Assembly: GCA_021790895.1 (NCBI GenBank)
Contig: JAJYFM010000001.1
Span: 4,494-68,493, forward strand
DNA: 64,000 nucleotides
Origin: a bacterium
GTDB taxonomy: Bacteria > Vulcanimicrobiota > Vulcanimicrobiia > Vulcanimicrobiales > Vulcanimicrobiaceae
Reading direction: 5' to 3'
In this document: positions 48,247-59,043 of the stretch, piece after piece
Numbering within the stretch: position 1 is the stretch's first letter
Layout of the letters: every line of letters starts with the position of its first letter
Program-made: the position numbers and the translations under genes
The notes under the pieces: generated by a model
Seen by the model: only the letters and a program-made list of their open reading frames with translations
What the model was told of the DNA's origin: nothing
Database searches by the model: none

Positions 48247-48846
48247 ATGCCCAAACTCACCCGCATTTACACGCGCACCGGCGATGACGGAAGCACCGGC
48301 CTCGTCGGCGGCCAGCGCATCGCAAAGAACGACCTGCGCATCGAGACCTACGGAACGGTCGACGAATTATCGAGCGCGGTCGGGCTCGCCCGCACGGCAC
48401 TTCGCCCGCTGCTCGCCGAGCACGCGCGCGCACAACGCCTCGATGCGTGGTTGAGCTGGGTGCAGGATGCCCTCTTCAATCTCGGCAGCGATCTCGCCAC
48501 GCTACCTGCCGACCGCCGAGAGGCTATGCCGCTTGCTTCGACCGCGGATGTACGCGCGTTGGAGCGGGCGATCGACGAAGCGCAGCGCGACCTCGAACCG
48601 CTGGCGAACTTTATCCACCCCGGCGGTGCACCCGCCGGCGCGTTTCTCCACCTCGCGCGCACGATCTGCCGACGCGCGGAGCGCTTGCTCGTCACCCTTC
48701 GCGGCGAAGAGGAGGGGCTCTCCGTCGAGACCCTCCATTTCCTCAATCGCCTCTCCGATGCGCTCTTCGTTTGGTCGCGATGGATCAACGCCGAGTTACG
48801 CGAGCCGGAGTATCTTTGGAACCCCAAGGGAGCCCCGCCGCTCTAA
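48247..48846 (+). CDS. ATP:cob(I)alamin adenosyltransferase, PduO type
   Basis: Internal ATG 48247 gives MPKLTRIYTRTGDDGSTGL, the canonical PduO-type N-terminus. Confidence 0.85.
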   Translation: MPKLTRIYTRTGDDGSTGLVGGQRIAKNDLRIETYGTVDELSSAVGLARTALRPLLAEHARAQRLDAWLSWVQDALFNLGSDLATLPADRREAMPLASTADVRALERAIDEAQRDLEPLANFIHPGGAPAGAFLHLARTICRRAERLLVTLRGEEEGLSVETLHFLNRLSDALFVWSRWINAELREPEYLWNPKGAPPL

Positions 48847-48894
48847 CGCTCGCCTAGGGGGACGCCGCGACCGGGCCTGCGAAGAGCGCGGCCG

Positions 48895-50418
48895 ATGGCA
48901 TTTTTTGAACGGATGTTCGCTACAACGAACGTCGAGCGGCTGCGCGCGCTCGCACAACGAAAGATTCTCAAACGCGCATTATCGGCGAAGGATCTCGTTG
49001 CCATAGGGTTGGGAACGATGATCGGCGGCGGTATCTTTACCACCATCGGCACCGGCGTCAAGGGAGCCGGCCCCGCGGTGATCGTCAGTTACCTGCTCGC
49101 CGGTATTACATCGTTCTTTGCCGCGCTCTGCTATGCCGAACTCGGTGCGATGGTGCCGATCGCCGGCAGCGCCTACACCTATGCGTATGCGACGATGGGC
49201 AAACTCTTTGCGTGGATTATCGGCTTTGCGCTCATTTTTGAGTACGGAATCAGTGCCGCGCCGGTCGCACAACAATTTTCAGCAGCATTTCAAGACGTCC
49301 TGAAATCGATCGGTTTCGTGCTTCCCGCGTGGGCCCAGCAATCCAATCTCGTCATTCACGGGCAATGGTGGCAGCTCAACACCTGGGATCTCGCGCACTC
49401 GCAGGTCGATCTCATCGGTGCGCTCTTCGTTCTCGGCCTCTCGGTCCTACTCTCGGTCGGCATTCGCGAAACGGCGACGACCAACAACGTCTTCGTGGTC
49501 CTGAAGATCTCGGCGCTGATGGTCTTTATCGTCGCCGGTCTCTTCCTCTTCCATCCGGCGAATCTGCACAATTTCAATCCGTTCGGGTGGGGAAAGCTCA
49601 CTCCGTTCGGCGGTTCGGCGGACTACAATTCGACGGTTCAGCCCTACGGCATCGTGGCAATCGCCGCATACGTATTCTTTAGTTATATCGGATTCGATAC
49701 GGCGACCACGACCGCCGAAGAATGCAAGAACCCCAAGCGCGACGTTCCGCTCGGCGTCCTCGGCGCGTTGGGAATCGGCACGCTCATCTACTGCGCGACC
49801 GCGATCGTCCTCGTCGGCGCGATGCCGTGGTCGACGGTGCCGATTAAAGATCCGTTGGTCGTCGCGCTTGCACCGCTCCATCTGCCGTTCGTTAGCGCGA
49901 TCATCGTCATCGGCGTCCTCGCCGGTACGACGAGCGTTGCCTTGAGTTCGCTGCTCGGTCAGTCGCGCATTTTCTACGTTATGGCACGCGACAAGATGCT
50001 GCCGCCGATCGTCGCCAAAGTGCATCCGAAATTTAAAACGCCGGTCAATACGACGATGTTTACCGGCTTCGCCGTCGCGATTCTCACGCTCGTGGTGCCG
50101 CTCAATCAGCTTCTCAACCTCGTGAACATCGGCACGTTGATCGCGTTCACGGTCGTCTGCGCCGGCGTGCTCTACCTGCGTAAACGCAAACCCGACATGC
50201 CGCGCAGCTTCCGCGTACCGTTCGTTCCGCTGTTCCCCATCTTAGGCATCGTCTCGTCGCTTTTTTTGGCGATCTTCGGGCTCTCGCGCACGACCTGGGA
50301 GTGGTTCGCAGGCGCGCTCGTCATCGGTCTGGTCTTCTTCTTCAGTTACGGCTTTTGGCGCTCGAACCCCGAGCAGATCGTGCCGGTCGACGAACCCGAG
50401 GGTCTCAGCGAGGTTTAG
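48895..50418 (+). CDS. APC superfamily amino acid permease (cationic amino acid transporter-like)
   Basis: 507 aa, about 12-14 TM helices. N-terminal motif GLGTMIGGGIFTTIG. Confidence 0.9.
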   Translation: MAFFERMFATTNVERLRALAQRKILKRALSAKDLVAIGLGTMIGGGIFTTIGTGVKGAGPAVIVSYLLAGITSFFAALCYAELGAMVPIAGSAYTYAYATMGKLFAWIIGFALIFEYGISAAPVAQQFSAAFQDVLKSIGFVLPAWAQQSNLVIHGQWWQLNTWDLAHSQVDLIGALFVLGLSVLLSVGIRETATTNNVFVVLKISALMVFIVAGLFLFHPANLHNFNPFGWGKLTPFGGSADYNSTVQPYGIVAIAAYVFFSYIGFDTATTTAEECKNPKRDVPLGVLGALGIGTLIYCATAIVLVGAMPWSTVPIKDPLVVALAPLHLPFVSAIIVIGVLAGTTSVALSSLLGQSRIFYVMARDKMLPPIVAKVHPKFKTPVNTTMFTGFAVAILTLVVPLNQLLNLVNIGTLIAFTVVCAGVLYLRKRKPDMPRSFRVPFVPLFPILGIVSSLFLAIFGLSRTTWEWFAGALVIGLVFFFSYGFWRSNPEQIVPVDEPEGLSEV

Positions 50419-50875
50419 CGACGCTCTGAAAATTGAGACCGGGCGTGAGAATATCGACGCGGTTGCGTGCTTTTTCGTAGGCGACGTGAACGGCGAACGC
50501 ACGCGAGATAATCGCCGCATCGACCATCGTCCGTCCGTGCAGGACAAACGGCGCGCGGCTTAACGGAATCGCGCGCCCGTCAAGATTCGCGAAGCGATCG
50601 CCGATGCGAAAGCGCACGACGGTGCGACCGCGGATGAGAATGACTTCCCGTTTCGCCGGAATCACTTCGATCCGTCCGCCGACGCGCCGTGCGATGCCGC
50701 GCACCGGAAGAAAGAGATGCTCGTCGGCGGTCACGAACGGCGCGACACGCGGGTTGACCACGCGCCCGTTCACACGCAACTGCGGGCGCTGCGCGAGCGC
50801 AAGCCAGAGGGCGGTGAAGCCGGCGAGCGCACAGGTCAGCAAGACGGTGCGCGCGCGTGGTACGGTATAGGTCAC
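50405..50875 (-). CDS. small exported protein with a copper amine oxidase N-terminal-like domain
   Basis: GTG 50875 forms a GTGA overlap with the ispG stop. TM/signal segment LLTCALAGFTALWLALA, then VNGRVV...FLPVRGIARRVGG, typical of Cu_amine_oxidN1. Confidence 0.6.
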   Translation of the reverse strand: MTYTVPRARTVLLTCALAGFTALWLALAQRPQLRVNGRVVNPRVAPFVTADEHLFLPVRGIARRVGGRIEVIPAKREVILIRGRTVVRFRIGDRFANLDGRAIPLSRAPFVLHGRTMVDAAIISRAFAVHVAYEKARNRVDILTPGLNFQSVAKPR

Positions 50876-52014
50876 GAAACGAGCGTCACCTCGTGTCGAT
50901 AGGCGGGATATTTTTCCAGAATGACGCGTTCGATCTCCAGACGCAAGGCGCCGAGCAGTTCGTCTTCCGGATAGGTGCCGATCAACGCACCGGCCCGATA
51001 GATTGCGCCTTTCCCCTTGCCGCCGGCGACGCCGACATCGGCCATCTTCGATTCCCCCGGCCCGTTGACGACGCAACCCATCACCGCGACTTTGACCGGA
51101 GCGGTGTAGAGCTTGGCGATCGCTTCGACGCTACGCCCGAGTTCGAGCACCGAGATCTCGGCACGACCGCAACTGGGGCACGCGGTGATGTCGAAACCTT
51201 TCTCGCGTAGACCCAACGATTTGAGAATCCCCCAGCAGACCGGAATCTCTTCGATCGGATCGGCGGCCAATGAAACGCGGATCGTATCTCCGATACCTTC
51301 GAACAACAATATCCCCAAGCCGATCGAGGATTTGATGGTGCCGTCGCGCAGCAATCCGGCCTCGGTGATGCCAAGGTGCAGCGGATAGGGCGTGCCGCGA
51401 TCGCGCAGGCGCGTATCCATCAAGCGATAGGCATGAACTGTGGTAAGAACGTCGTGCGCCTTTAACGAGACCGCGATATCGTCGTGCCCGTGCTCTTCGA
51501 GCATCGCGATGTGGCGCATCGCCGATTCAACCATCGCCTCGGCGCTATGGCCGAGCCGCTCTTCCAAATCCGGTGCAAGCGAACCCATATTGACGCCGAC
51601 GCGAATGGGAATGCCCCGCTCTTTCGCCGCACGGACGACCTCCGCGACCTTCTTCGGATCGCGGATATTTCCGGGATTGAGCCGCAACTTCGCGACGCCC
51701 GCCTCGATCGCCGCGAGCGCCATGCGATGATCAAAATGAATGTCGGCGACGATGGGAACCGGCGAGCGATGGACGATCCCCGGAAGCCCGGCGGCATCGG
51801 GAGTATCCTTCACCGTCACACGGACGACTTCGCAGCCCTCCATCGCCAGGCCGTAGATCTGCTCGAGTGTCGCATCGGCATCCGCGGTATCGGTCGTCGT
51901 CATCGATTGAACGACGACCGGATGATCGCCGCCTATCCACACGCGTTTAACATCCGCTTTGCCGGTCTTATTAAAGAGCTCGATCGCTTTGCTCTTCCGA
52001 CGAAGACGGAGCAT
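50872..52014 (-). CDS. ispG: 4-hydroxy-3-methylbut-2-en-1-yl diphosphate synthase
   Basis: 380 aa with GcpE family sequence throughout. Fe-S cysteines CPSCGR and GCVVNGPGE. Confidence 0.95.
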   Translation of the reverse strand: MLRLRRKSKAIELFNKTGKADVKRVWIGGDHPVVVQSMTTTDTADADATLEQIYGLAMEGCEVVRVTVKDTPDAAGLPGIVHRSPVPIVADIHFDHRMALAAIEAGVAKLRLNPGNIRDPKKVAEVVRAAKERGIPIRVGVNMGSLAPDLEERLGHSAEAMVESAMRHIAMLEEHGHDDIAVSLKAHDVLTTVHAYRLMDTRLRDRGTPYPLHLGITEAGLLRDGTIKSSIGLGILLFEGIGDTIRVSLAADPIEEIPVCWGILKSLGLREKGFDITACPSCGRAEISVLELGRSVEAIAKLYTAPVKVAVMGCVVNGPGESKMADVGVAGGKGKGAIYRAGALIGTYPEDELLGALRLEIERVILEKYPAYRHEVTLVS

Positions 52015-53144
52015 TAGTTGAGCGCCCCTTTACCGGCGATGATATTCCCAATATCGTGAACCGCGATGACGGCAAAGAGTGCGAGCACGACGGCAAAGCC
52101 CGCAAAATGCACCATCGCTTCGCGCTCGGGATCGACCGGTTTGCCGCGAATCAATTCAGCGATGATAAACGCCGCGCGGCCGCCGTCGAGCGCCGGAATC
52201 GGCAAAAGGTTGAAGAGCCCGAGCGCAAACGAGATCGTTGCCGCGAGCGCAAAGTACGGCCCCCATCCGAGATCTTGAATGGCGATCGCGGCGCGTCCGA
52301 TCCCAATCGGTCCGCTCACCTGTCCCGCATATTTCGTAAAATGGGTGACGAGCTTTTCGATGCTTCCGACGCTCTGCGCCGCGATGAGGCCGTAGGTATA
52401 ACCCGCATCGATGAATGCATCCTTGAAGCCGACGCGTTCGTAGGGAATACTCGCGGCAATGCCGATACACCCGTCGCGCGCGTGCCCCGGGCAAGGGCCG
52501 GGAACGGCGCTCTGCACGCGCGTAACGCCGTCGTGCAGAAACGCAATGCGAAGCGTCTTTCCAAGCGACCCATGCAACTTCTTCACCAACGCCGTACCAC
52601 TTGAATAGGCGACACCGTCGACGGAGAGGATCTTATCGCCCGGAGCGATTCCGGCGCGCTGCGCGGGCGAGCCGCTCTCCACGAGCGCGACGACGGTGCT
52701 CGGTCTCGAGGAAGCAACTCCGAATGCGAGGATTCCGATCAACAGAATCACGTAGGCGAGAAGAAAATTCACGATCGGCCCGGCGAGCACGATCGCCAGC
52801 CGCGCGAGGGGCGCTTTACTTTGAAAATCCCCCTCCTCGGCCTGCTGCGCCCCGCGAAACTCCCGCTGCTGCTCGGCCTGCGTCCGCGTGCCGTCCTCAC
52901 CGAGCATCGCGCAGTATCCGCCGATCGGCAATGCGCGGACCGAATAGAGCGTTCCGCTGCGCGGACTGGTGTATCCGAAGAGTTTCGGCCCCATGCCCAA
53001 TGCAAATTCATTGACGCGCACGCCGTTGCGCCGCGCGATCGCAAAATGCCCGAGTTCGTGCAACACCACGAGAATCGAGAGCATGACGAGAAACGTCAGA
53101 ACCTTTCCGAGCATGGCGATCGGAATTAGCGACAGTAGATGCAT
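52014..53144 (-). CDS. rseP: RIP site-2 metalloprotease, M50 family, with PDZ domain
   Basis: 376 aa. HELGH zinc motif, a PDZ segment, and the C-terminal motif NLLPIPALDGG. Confidence 0.9.
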   Translation of the reverse strand: MHLLSLIPIAMLGKVLTFLVMLSILVVLHELGHFAIARRNGVRVNEFALGMGPKLFGYTSPRSGTLYSVRALPIGGYCAMLGEDGTRTQAEQQREFRGAQQAEEGDFQSKAPLARLAIVLAGPIVNFLLAYVILLIGILAFGVASSRPSTVVALVESGSPAQRAGIAPGDKILSVDGVAYSSGTALVKKLHGSLGKTLRIAFLHDGVTRVQSAVPGPCPGHARDGCIGIAASIPYERVGFKDAFIDAGYTYGLIAAQSVGSIEKLVTHFTKYAGQVSGPIGIGRAAIAIQDLGWGPYFALAATISFALGLFNLLPIPALDGGRAAFIIAELIRGKPVDPEREAMVHFAGFAVVLALFAVIAVHDIGNIIAGKGALN

Positions 53145-54299
53145 TTAGACTCCGGTGGAGAGGGAGGAACGTTCGGCGAGACGTGCGCGGACAAAAGAGC
53201 GTGCCGCCCCATCGGCGATGCGAAGCCCCGGCAGCGTGAGATCGTACGCCGGAAGCCCTGCGAGCGCCTCACCGACGAGCCGGGGGATATCCCCGAAGCC
53301 GATGCTACCGGCGACGAAAGCCTCGACGGCGACTTCATTGGCGGCGGAGAGCACGGCAGGAGCGCATCCGCCGCGCCGGAGGGCGTCGTAAGCGAGGGCC
53401 AGGCTGGGAAAGCGCTGCGGATCGACACGTTCGTAATCATAACGCAGGAGACTGGATTTCGGTTGTGCCCCCAGGATCTCGAGAGGGTCCAACGCTTGCT
53501 CCGCCGGGGCTCGCTCGAGGCGATGCGGATAGGCGAGCGCATAGCCGATGGGAACCCGCATATCCGGGGCGCAGAGCTGCGCTTTCACGCTCCCGTCGCT
53601 GAAGAGCACCGCACCGTGGAGCAGTGATTGGGGGTGCACCACGACCAGCACGCGCTCCGCCGGCATCGAAAAGAGGCGCGACGCCTCGATCGCTTCGAGC
53701 CCCTTATTCATCAGGGTCGCCGAATCGATCGTATTCTTCGTTCCCATGCGCCAGGTGGGGTGATTCATCGCCTGCTCGAGCGTTGCAGCGGCGATCGTTG
53801 CCGCCGAAGCCGTTCGGAACGGGCCTCCCGAAGCGGTGATCAGCAGCGCGGCGACGCGCGCGCGATCCTCACCGACGAGGCATTGAAAGAGCGCGCTATG
53901 TTCGGAATCGACGGGAAGCAATCGTCCGCCGCCGCGCACGGTCGCATCGACCAGTAACTCGCCGGCCGCGACGATCGCTTCTTTATTGGCGACTGCGAGA
54001 TCGATGCCGCGCTCGGCGGCGGCGAAAATCGCATCGAGCGCAACGGCTCCGGTCGTTGCCGCAAGAACGATATCCGCGCCGCTTCCGGTTGCAGCGCGCA
54101 GCAAACCTTCGGCGCCCGCGCGCGCGTCGACGACGACCGCGGGTTGAAAGGTGCGTGCCTGCTGCTCGAGGAGCGAACGGTTTGCGCCGGCGGCGAGGGC
54201 GACCACCTCAAAGCGCTCCGGATGTGCGGCGATAACATCGAGCGCTTGCGTGCCGATCGATCCCGTCGAGCCGAGTATCGCTACCTTTCTCCGCGCCAT
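53145..54299 (-). CDS. dxr: 1-deoxy-D-xylulose 5-phosphate reductoisomerase
   Basis: 384 aa. KVAILGSTGSIGTQ N-terminus and conserved LPVDSEHSA. Confidence 0.95.
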   Translation of the reverse strand: MARRKVAILGSTGSIGTQALDVIAAHPERFEVVALAAGANRSLLEQQARTFQPAVVVDARAGAEGLLRAATGSGADIVLAATTGAVALDAIFAAAERGIDLAVANKEAIVAAGELLVDATVRGGGRLLPVDSEHSALFQCLVGEDRARVAALLITASGGPFRTASAATIAAATLEQAMNHPTWRMGTKNTIDSATLMNKGLEAIEASRLFSMPAERVLVVVHPQSLLHGAVLFSDGSVKAQLCAPDMRVPIGYALAYPHRLERAPAEQALDPLEILGAQPKSSLLRYDYERVDPQRFPSLALAYDALRRGGCAPAVLSAANEVAVEAFVAGSIGFGDIPRLVGEALAGLPAYDLTLPGLRIADGAARSFVRARLAERSSLSTGV

Positions 54300-54300
54300 C

Positions 54301-55161
54301 CTAGCGAACGCTCATCAAGCCGAGGATATGGAGCGCGGCGAAAAAGACCGTTCCGCCGAAAATATACGAGTCGAAACGATCGAGAAAACCACCGTGCCCG
54401 ACGATCGCCGTGCCGGTATCCTTTACGCCGACATCGCGTTTGAGTGCGGACTCCACCAGGTCGCCGGCCTGCGCGCCGATATTGGTCGCGGCAGCGAGCG
54501 CCACCGCCTGCCAGAGCGTCAGTCCGAGCGGTGCGTACCGACTCGCCAGCGCGGCGAACGCAGCGACGCAGAGCAACGCGCCGAGCGATCCCTCCACGGT
54601 CTTCTTCGGCGATATACGCGTGAGTTGTCGACGCCCAAAACGATTGCCGATCAACATTCCGAAAATATCGGTGAAAGCAATACAGAGCAACGCAAAGACG
54701 GTCCAGTAAGCGCCGACGCCGGGAACATTGCGGAGGAAGACGAGATAGGTGAGGAGTTTTCCGATGTATAGAACGGCGAGCAATGTGTAGGCGGTGCGCG
54801 CGAAGTAGCCCCGTTGATCGCCGTACATGCCGATCGAGAACGCCGCAATCGTCACCCCGGCAAGCAAGACGCCCTCCCACTTCTGCAGACGCCCGAGACT
54901 CGCCAGGACGATATACGCAAAGACTCCCAGTACCGCGATCGGATATTCGAGCTCTTGTCCCTTGATTTCACAGAGCGCATTGAGTTCGTAGAGGCAGGCA
55001 AGCCCGATCGCCAAGACGAGGAGATCGAACGCGGGCGCCCAGACGATGGAGGGCAGGCCGATAGCGGCGATGAGCAGTCCGACGGCAACGCGGCGCTTGG
55101 TGACACGCGGCCGCCCCGTCCTCACTGCGGTCGCTGAATTCGACGCGACCGACTCGCTCAC
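54301..55161 (-). CDS. cdsA: phosphatidate cytidylyltransferase
   Basis: Polytopic membrane protein with the C-terminal CTP-transferase signature SALKRDVGVKDTG...GHGGFLDRFDS. GTG 55161 forms a GTGA overlap with the uppS stop. Confidence 0.9.
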   Translation of the reverse strand: MSESVASNSATAVRTGRPRVTKRRVAVGLLIAAIGLPSIVWAPAFDLLVLAIGLACLYELNALCEIKGQELEYPIAVLGVFAYIVLASLGRLQKWEGVLLAGVTIAAFSIGMYGDQRGYFARTAYTLLAVLYIGKLLTYLVFLRNVPGVGAYWTVFALLCIAFTDIFGMLIGNRFGRRQLTRISPKKTVEGSLGALLCVAAFAALASRYAPLGLTLWQAVALAAATNIGAQAGDLVESALKRDVGVKDTGTAIVGHGGFLDRFDSYIFGGTVFFAALHILGLMSVR

Positions 55162-55892
55162 GCGCCCCAGCGCCGCGCGCGCCTCCCAAATTCTTCGATC
55201 GCTGCGGTAAGATCGGAACGCGAAAAATCCGGCCAAAAGATATCGCTCATCACCAATTCGGCATAGGCGGCCTGGTAGAGCAGAAAATTTGAAAGGCGGC
55301 GCTCTCCACCGGGACGGATGACAAGATCGGGATCGGGAAGATCGGCGGTCTCTAAATGCGAGGAGAGCGTCTCTTCGCTAATTTGATCGGGAGCCAACGC
55401 GCCGGCGGCGACTTCGCGAGCGACCGCACGCATGGCATCGCGCAATTCGGCGCGCGAACTATAGTTGACGGCGAGGTTCAGTAAGAGGCCGGTATTCGTA
55501 GCGGTGTCGCGCGCCAACGATTCCAGCGCTTCGCGCGAGCGAGTCGGTAGCGCTTCCCAATCGCCGATAATCCGTACGCGCACGTTATTCTTATTGAGCT
55601 CGGCGAGCTCCGTTCGCGCAAAAAAGACGCAGAGATCGAAGAGAAATGAGATCTCCGTCGGCTCGCGCCGCCAATTCTCGGTCGAGAAGCCGTAGACAGT
55701 GAGCACTTCGACGCCGAAATCGCTCGCGGCGCGCGTAATCTCTCGCAGCGCGAGAATGCCGCGACGGTGCCCTTCAACGGCGGGCAGGCCGCGCTGACGC
55801 GCCCACCGCCGGTTGCCGTCCATAATGATCGCGATATGCCGCGGAATCGTCGCGCTCGCGCCGGAGTCCGCCGCGGCAACGGGGGCCTTCAC
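55158..55892 (-). CDS. uppS: undecaprenyl (isoprenyl) diphosphate synthase
   Basis: HIAIIMDGNRRWA motif. GTG 55892 is preceded by ggaggg. Confidence 0.9.
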   Translation of the reverse strand: MKAPVAAADSGASATIPRHIAIIMDGNRRWARQRGLPAVEGHRRGILALREITRAASDFGVEVLTVYGFSTENWRREPTEISFLFDLCVFFARTELAELNKNNVRVRIIGDWEALPTRSREALESLARDTATNTGLLLNLAVNYSSRAELRDAMRAVAREVAAGALAPDQISEETLSSHLETADLPDPDLVIRPGGERRLSNFLLYQAAYAELVMSDIFWPDFSRSDLTAAIEEFGRRARRWGA

Positions 55893-56100
55893 GTTCCCTC
55901 CATGCGAGCGTAACGCTCGTAGCCGACAAGCAGTTCCAACCCACTCTCCACCGCGCGCACCGCGATGACACGCAGCGTCCCGACACCGGCCCAGTTCCCG
56001 TACGGTCGCACGACATGCGTCCGCACGCACCGATCGCCAAGCAATCGGCGAGCATGGACCTCGGGCATCAACGCCAATTGCAGATCCACGAAGCTCTGCG

Positions 56101-56658
56101 TCAGACCTCCATCACTTCTTTTTCTTTCGTCACGACGAGCGCGTCGATATCCTTGCTAAACCGATCGGTCAATTTTTGCAGATGCTCCTGCATCCGCTTG
56201 CTCTCGTCTTCGGTAATCGTCGAGCCCTTCAATTGCCCTTTGATATCGTCGTGTGCTTTATGCCGGACGTTGCGTAGCGCGATCTTCCCATCTTCGGACT
56301 TCTTCTTGATAACTTTCACGAGTTCGCGACGGCGCTCTTCGTTCAACGGCGGAACGCTTAACCGAATCGTCGTTCCATCAACGTTGGGACTCATACCGAG
56401 ATCGCTCTTCTCGATCGCTTTGCGAATCTCGCCCACGACGCCCTTATCGTACGCCGTAATCACGAGCGTCCTCGCATCCGGTGTGGCGATCCCGGCGACC
56501 TGTTTGAGCGGAACGCTCTGTCCGTAGGCATCGACGTGCAAACGGTCGAGCAACGCCGGCGTCGCGCGACCGGTGCGGATCGCGGCGAACTCCGAACGCG
56601 TCGCATCGATGCATTTTTGCATCTTCCCTTCGACGTCTTTGAAAAATGAATCGTTCAT
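56101..56658 (-). CDS. frr: ribosome recycling factor
   Basis: 185 aa with full-length RRF resemblance. Confidence 0.95.
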   Translation of the reverse strand: MNDSFFKDVEGKMQKCIDATRSEFAAIRTGRATPALLDRLHVDAYGQSVPLKQVAGIATPDARTLVITAYDKGVVGEIRKAIEKSDLGMSPNVDGTTIRLSVPPLNEERRRELVKVIKKKSEDGKIALRNVRHKAHDDIKGQLKGSTITEDESKRMQEHLQKLTDRFSKDIDALVVTKEKEVMEV

Positions 56659-57407
56659 GCAACCCCTCCGGCGATCACCGTCGCCACATTTTTACCAACG
56701 TAGGTCCCGATCGCTTCACCCTCGATCGCACGTCGAATGTTTCCCGAAACGCCCATGTCGAAGACGAGGATCGGCAAGGTATTGTCCATACAGAGCGCCA
56801 TGGCGGTCGTATCCATGACTTCGAGGCCGCGATTGAGCGCATCCATGTAATCGATGCGTTCGAAACGCCGCGCGGCGGGATCCTTTTTGGGATCCGAGGT
56901 GTAGATGCCGTCGACCTTCGTCGCCTTGAGAATCGCCTGCGCTCCGACTTCAACCGCTCTCAACGCCGCTGCGGTATCGGTCGTAAAATACGGGTTTCCC
57001 GTTCCGGCGGCGAAAATGACGACGCGTCCCTTTTCAAGATGGCGAATCGCGCGTCGGCGAATATAGGGTTCGGCGATCTGATGCATCGCGATCGCCGTCT
57101 GCACGCGCGAAGGTACGCCGATCCGTTCGAGCGCGTCCTGAAGCGCGAGCGCGTTGATCGTCGTTGCGAGCATCCCCATATAATCGGCGGTCGCGCGCTC
57201 CATGCCGGCAGCTTCGTGCTCTTTACCGCGCCAGATATTTCCGCCCCCGACGACGACGGCGATGCTGGTCCCGCCGCGCGCAACGTCGGCAATCTCGCGC
57301 GCCATCGCCTCGGTCGTTCGCACGTCCACCCCGTTCTCGCTCGAAGCGAATGCCTCGCCGGAGAGTTTTATGAGAACCCGGGAGAAGCGCGCGGTGCTCG
57401 CCTGCAC
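56655..57407 (-). CDS. pyrH: uridylate (UMP) kinase
   Basis: 250 aa. Motifs [11 protein letters not shown] and [10 protein letters not shown]. Confidence 0.95.
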   Translation of the reverse strand: MQASTARFSRVLIKLSGEAFASSENGVDVRTTEAMAREIADVARGGTSIAVVVGGGNIWRGKEHEAAGMERATADYMGMLATTINALALQDALERIGVPSRVQTAIAMHQIAEPYIRRRAIRHLEKGRVVIFAAGTGNPYFTTDTAAALRAVEVGAQAILKATKVDGIYTSDPKKDPAARRFERIDYMDALNRGLEVMDTTAMALCMDNTLPILVFDMGVSGNIRRAIEGEAIGTYVGKNVATVIAGGVA

Positions 57408-57413
57408 GTGTAT

Positions 57414-58019
57414 CTACTCGCCCAACGCGAACTTCACGAAACGCCGCACGCGAATATTTTCGCCGAGCGCTCCGACGGCGGCATTGACGAGATCGCCGAC
57501 CGTGATCGAATCATCCTTCACGAACGACTGATCGAGCAGACAGTGATCTTCGTACCATTTGTTGAGCTTGCCCTCGACGATTTTCGCTGCGACCTCGGGT
57601 GGTTTCCCCGCCGGCACCGATTCTTCGAGCTCTTTGCGCGCCTGGGCGACGACGTCTTCGGGAACCGACGCGCGATCGAGGTAGGCGGGCGACATCGCTG
57701 CGACATGCATCGCCACATCGCGCACCAGCTCGCTGAACTTGGGGTTCCGTGCGACGAAATCGGTCTCGGAGTTCACCTCAACCAGCACGCCGATCTTTCC
57801 GCCGGCGTGAATGTAGCTGCCGACCAACCCTTCGTTTGCAGCTCGCTCCGATTTTTTCTGCGCCTGTGCCGCGCCGCGCTCGAGGAGCAGCGCCTTCGCG
57901 CGCTCGCGATCGCCGCCGGCTTCCACCAGCGCTTTTCTGCAATCCATCATCGGGGCGCTGGTCTCGTCGCGGAGGGCCTTGATCTCATCGGCCTTCGGTT
58001 GGTAGGTCATAGTACTCAC
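57414..58019 (-). CDS. tsf: elongation factor Ts (short form)
   Basis: 201 aa. UBA-like N-terminus LRDETSAPMMDCRKAL. Located downstream of rpsB. Confidence 0.9.
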   Translation of the reverse strand: MSTMTYQPKADEIKALRDETSAPMMDCRKALVEAGGDRERAKALLLERGAAQAQKKSERAANEGLVGSYIHAGGKIGVLVEVNSETDFVARNPKFSELVRDVAMHVAAMSPAYLDRASVPEDVVAQARKELEESVPAGKPPEVAAKIVEGKLNKWYEDHCLLDQSFVKDDSITVGDLVNAAVGALGENIRVRRFVKFALGE

Positions 58020-58062
58020 AGATTCTCTCCTTGGCGTTCGTTTGCTTTCATGCGTACGAAGA

Positions 58063-58080
58063 GAGGCCGACGACGGCCTC
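58063..58080 (-). terminator. possible rpsB-tsf intergenic hairpin (attenuator)
   Basis: 7-bp GC stem gaggccg / cggcctc with a 4-nt loop. On the minus strand it is followed by a weak tctt. The SD aaggagag for tsf lies downstream. Confidence 0.3.
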
Positions 58081-58112
58081 CCTTGCGATGGGTCTCTTCA
58101 CGGGAGCGTGGA

Positions 58113-58883
58113 CTAGCCTGCGACAGGCTCTGCCGCCTCAAAGGCGCCCGCTTCGTTGATGGGAGCTTGAGCGTAGACGGCGCCGTCGAAGGAGCTCTCC
58201 GCCTCGGTCCGGCCCTCGATGATCGCATCGGCCATCTTCCCGACCATCAGCTTCACCGCGCGAATCGCGTCGTCGTTGCCGGGGATCGGGTAGTCGATTT
58301 CATCGGGGTCGCAGTTGGTGTCGATTACCGCGATCGTCGGAATGCCGAGCTTGCGCGCCTCGAGCACCGCGATGCGCTCTTTCTTCGGATCGACGATGAA
58401 GATCGCGTCGGGGAGGCGATGCATATCTTTGATGCCGCCGAGAAAGCGCTCGAGCTTGTTGAGCTCGTCTTGAAGCTTTGCGACCTCTTTCTTGGGCAAG
58501 CGGTCGAAGTCGCCTTGGAGGCGCATATCCTCAAGCTCGCGCAAGCGGGCGATGCGTTTCTGAATCGTCGAGAAGTTCGTCAGCGTTCCGCCCAACCAGC
58601 GCTGGTTGATGTAGAACGTTCCGGCGCGCTCGGCTTCATCTTTGACGACCTCTTGCGCCTGCTTCTTCGTTCCCACGAAGAGAATGACGCGCCCCTCGCG
58701 CGACATCTGCTTGACGACCTCATAGGTGTCGCGGACGCGCTGCAGCGTGATGGCGAGATCGATGATGTAGATGCCGTTGCGCTCCTGGAAGATGTACGGT
58801 TTCATCTTCGGATTCCAACGACGGGTCTGGTGACCGAAATGCACGCCGGCTTCAAGAAGCTCGCGCATAGAGATAACGGACAT
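58113..58883 (-). CDS. rpsB: 30S ribosomal protein S2
   Basis: Internal ATG 58883 gives [25 protein letters not shown], the canonical S2 start. Confidence 0.95.
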   Translation of the reverse strand: MSVISMRELLEAGVHFGHQTRRWNPKMKPYIFQERNGIYIIDLAITLQRVRDTYEVVKQMSREGRVILFVGTKKQAQEVVKDEAERAGTFYINQRWLGGTLTNFSTIQKRIARLRELEDMRLQGDFDRLPKKEVAKLQDELNKLERFLGGIKDMHRLPDAIFIVDPKKERIAVLEARKLGIPTIAVIDTNCDPDEIDYPIPGNDDAIRAVKLMVGKMADAIIEGRTEAESSFDGAVYAQAPINEAGAFEAAEPVAG

Positions 58884-59043
58884 GAAGGGATTCCTTTCAG
58901 CTGGCCCCCGTCCGCGATGCTCTCCGAGCGGTGCGAGCGTTTCTTTAGGACCATCGAAGCCCAGCCTCCGTGCCGGGCGAGTTGACAACCCTCGGAGTAT
59001 AGCACGGGCGGAGGGAGGTTACGCAAGCGCGAAGGAGCGAGCG

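Noticed and set aside
56646-58985. 779-aa plus-strand ORF spanning 2.3 kb
   Set aside because: It lies entirely antisense to pyrH, tsf and rpsB, which are unambiguous. It has no recognisable motifs. A long stop-free antisense frame is expected at this GC content.
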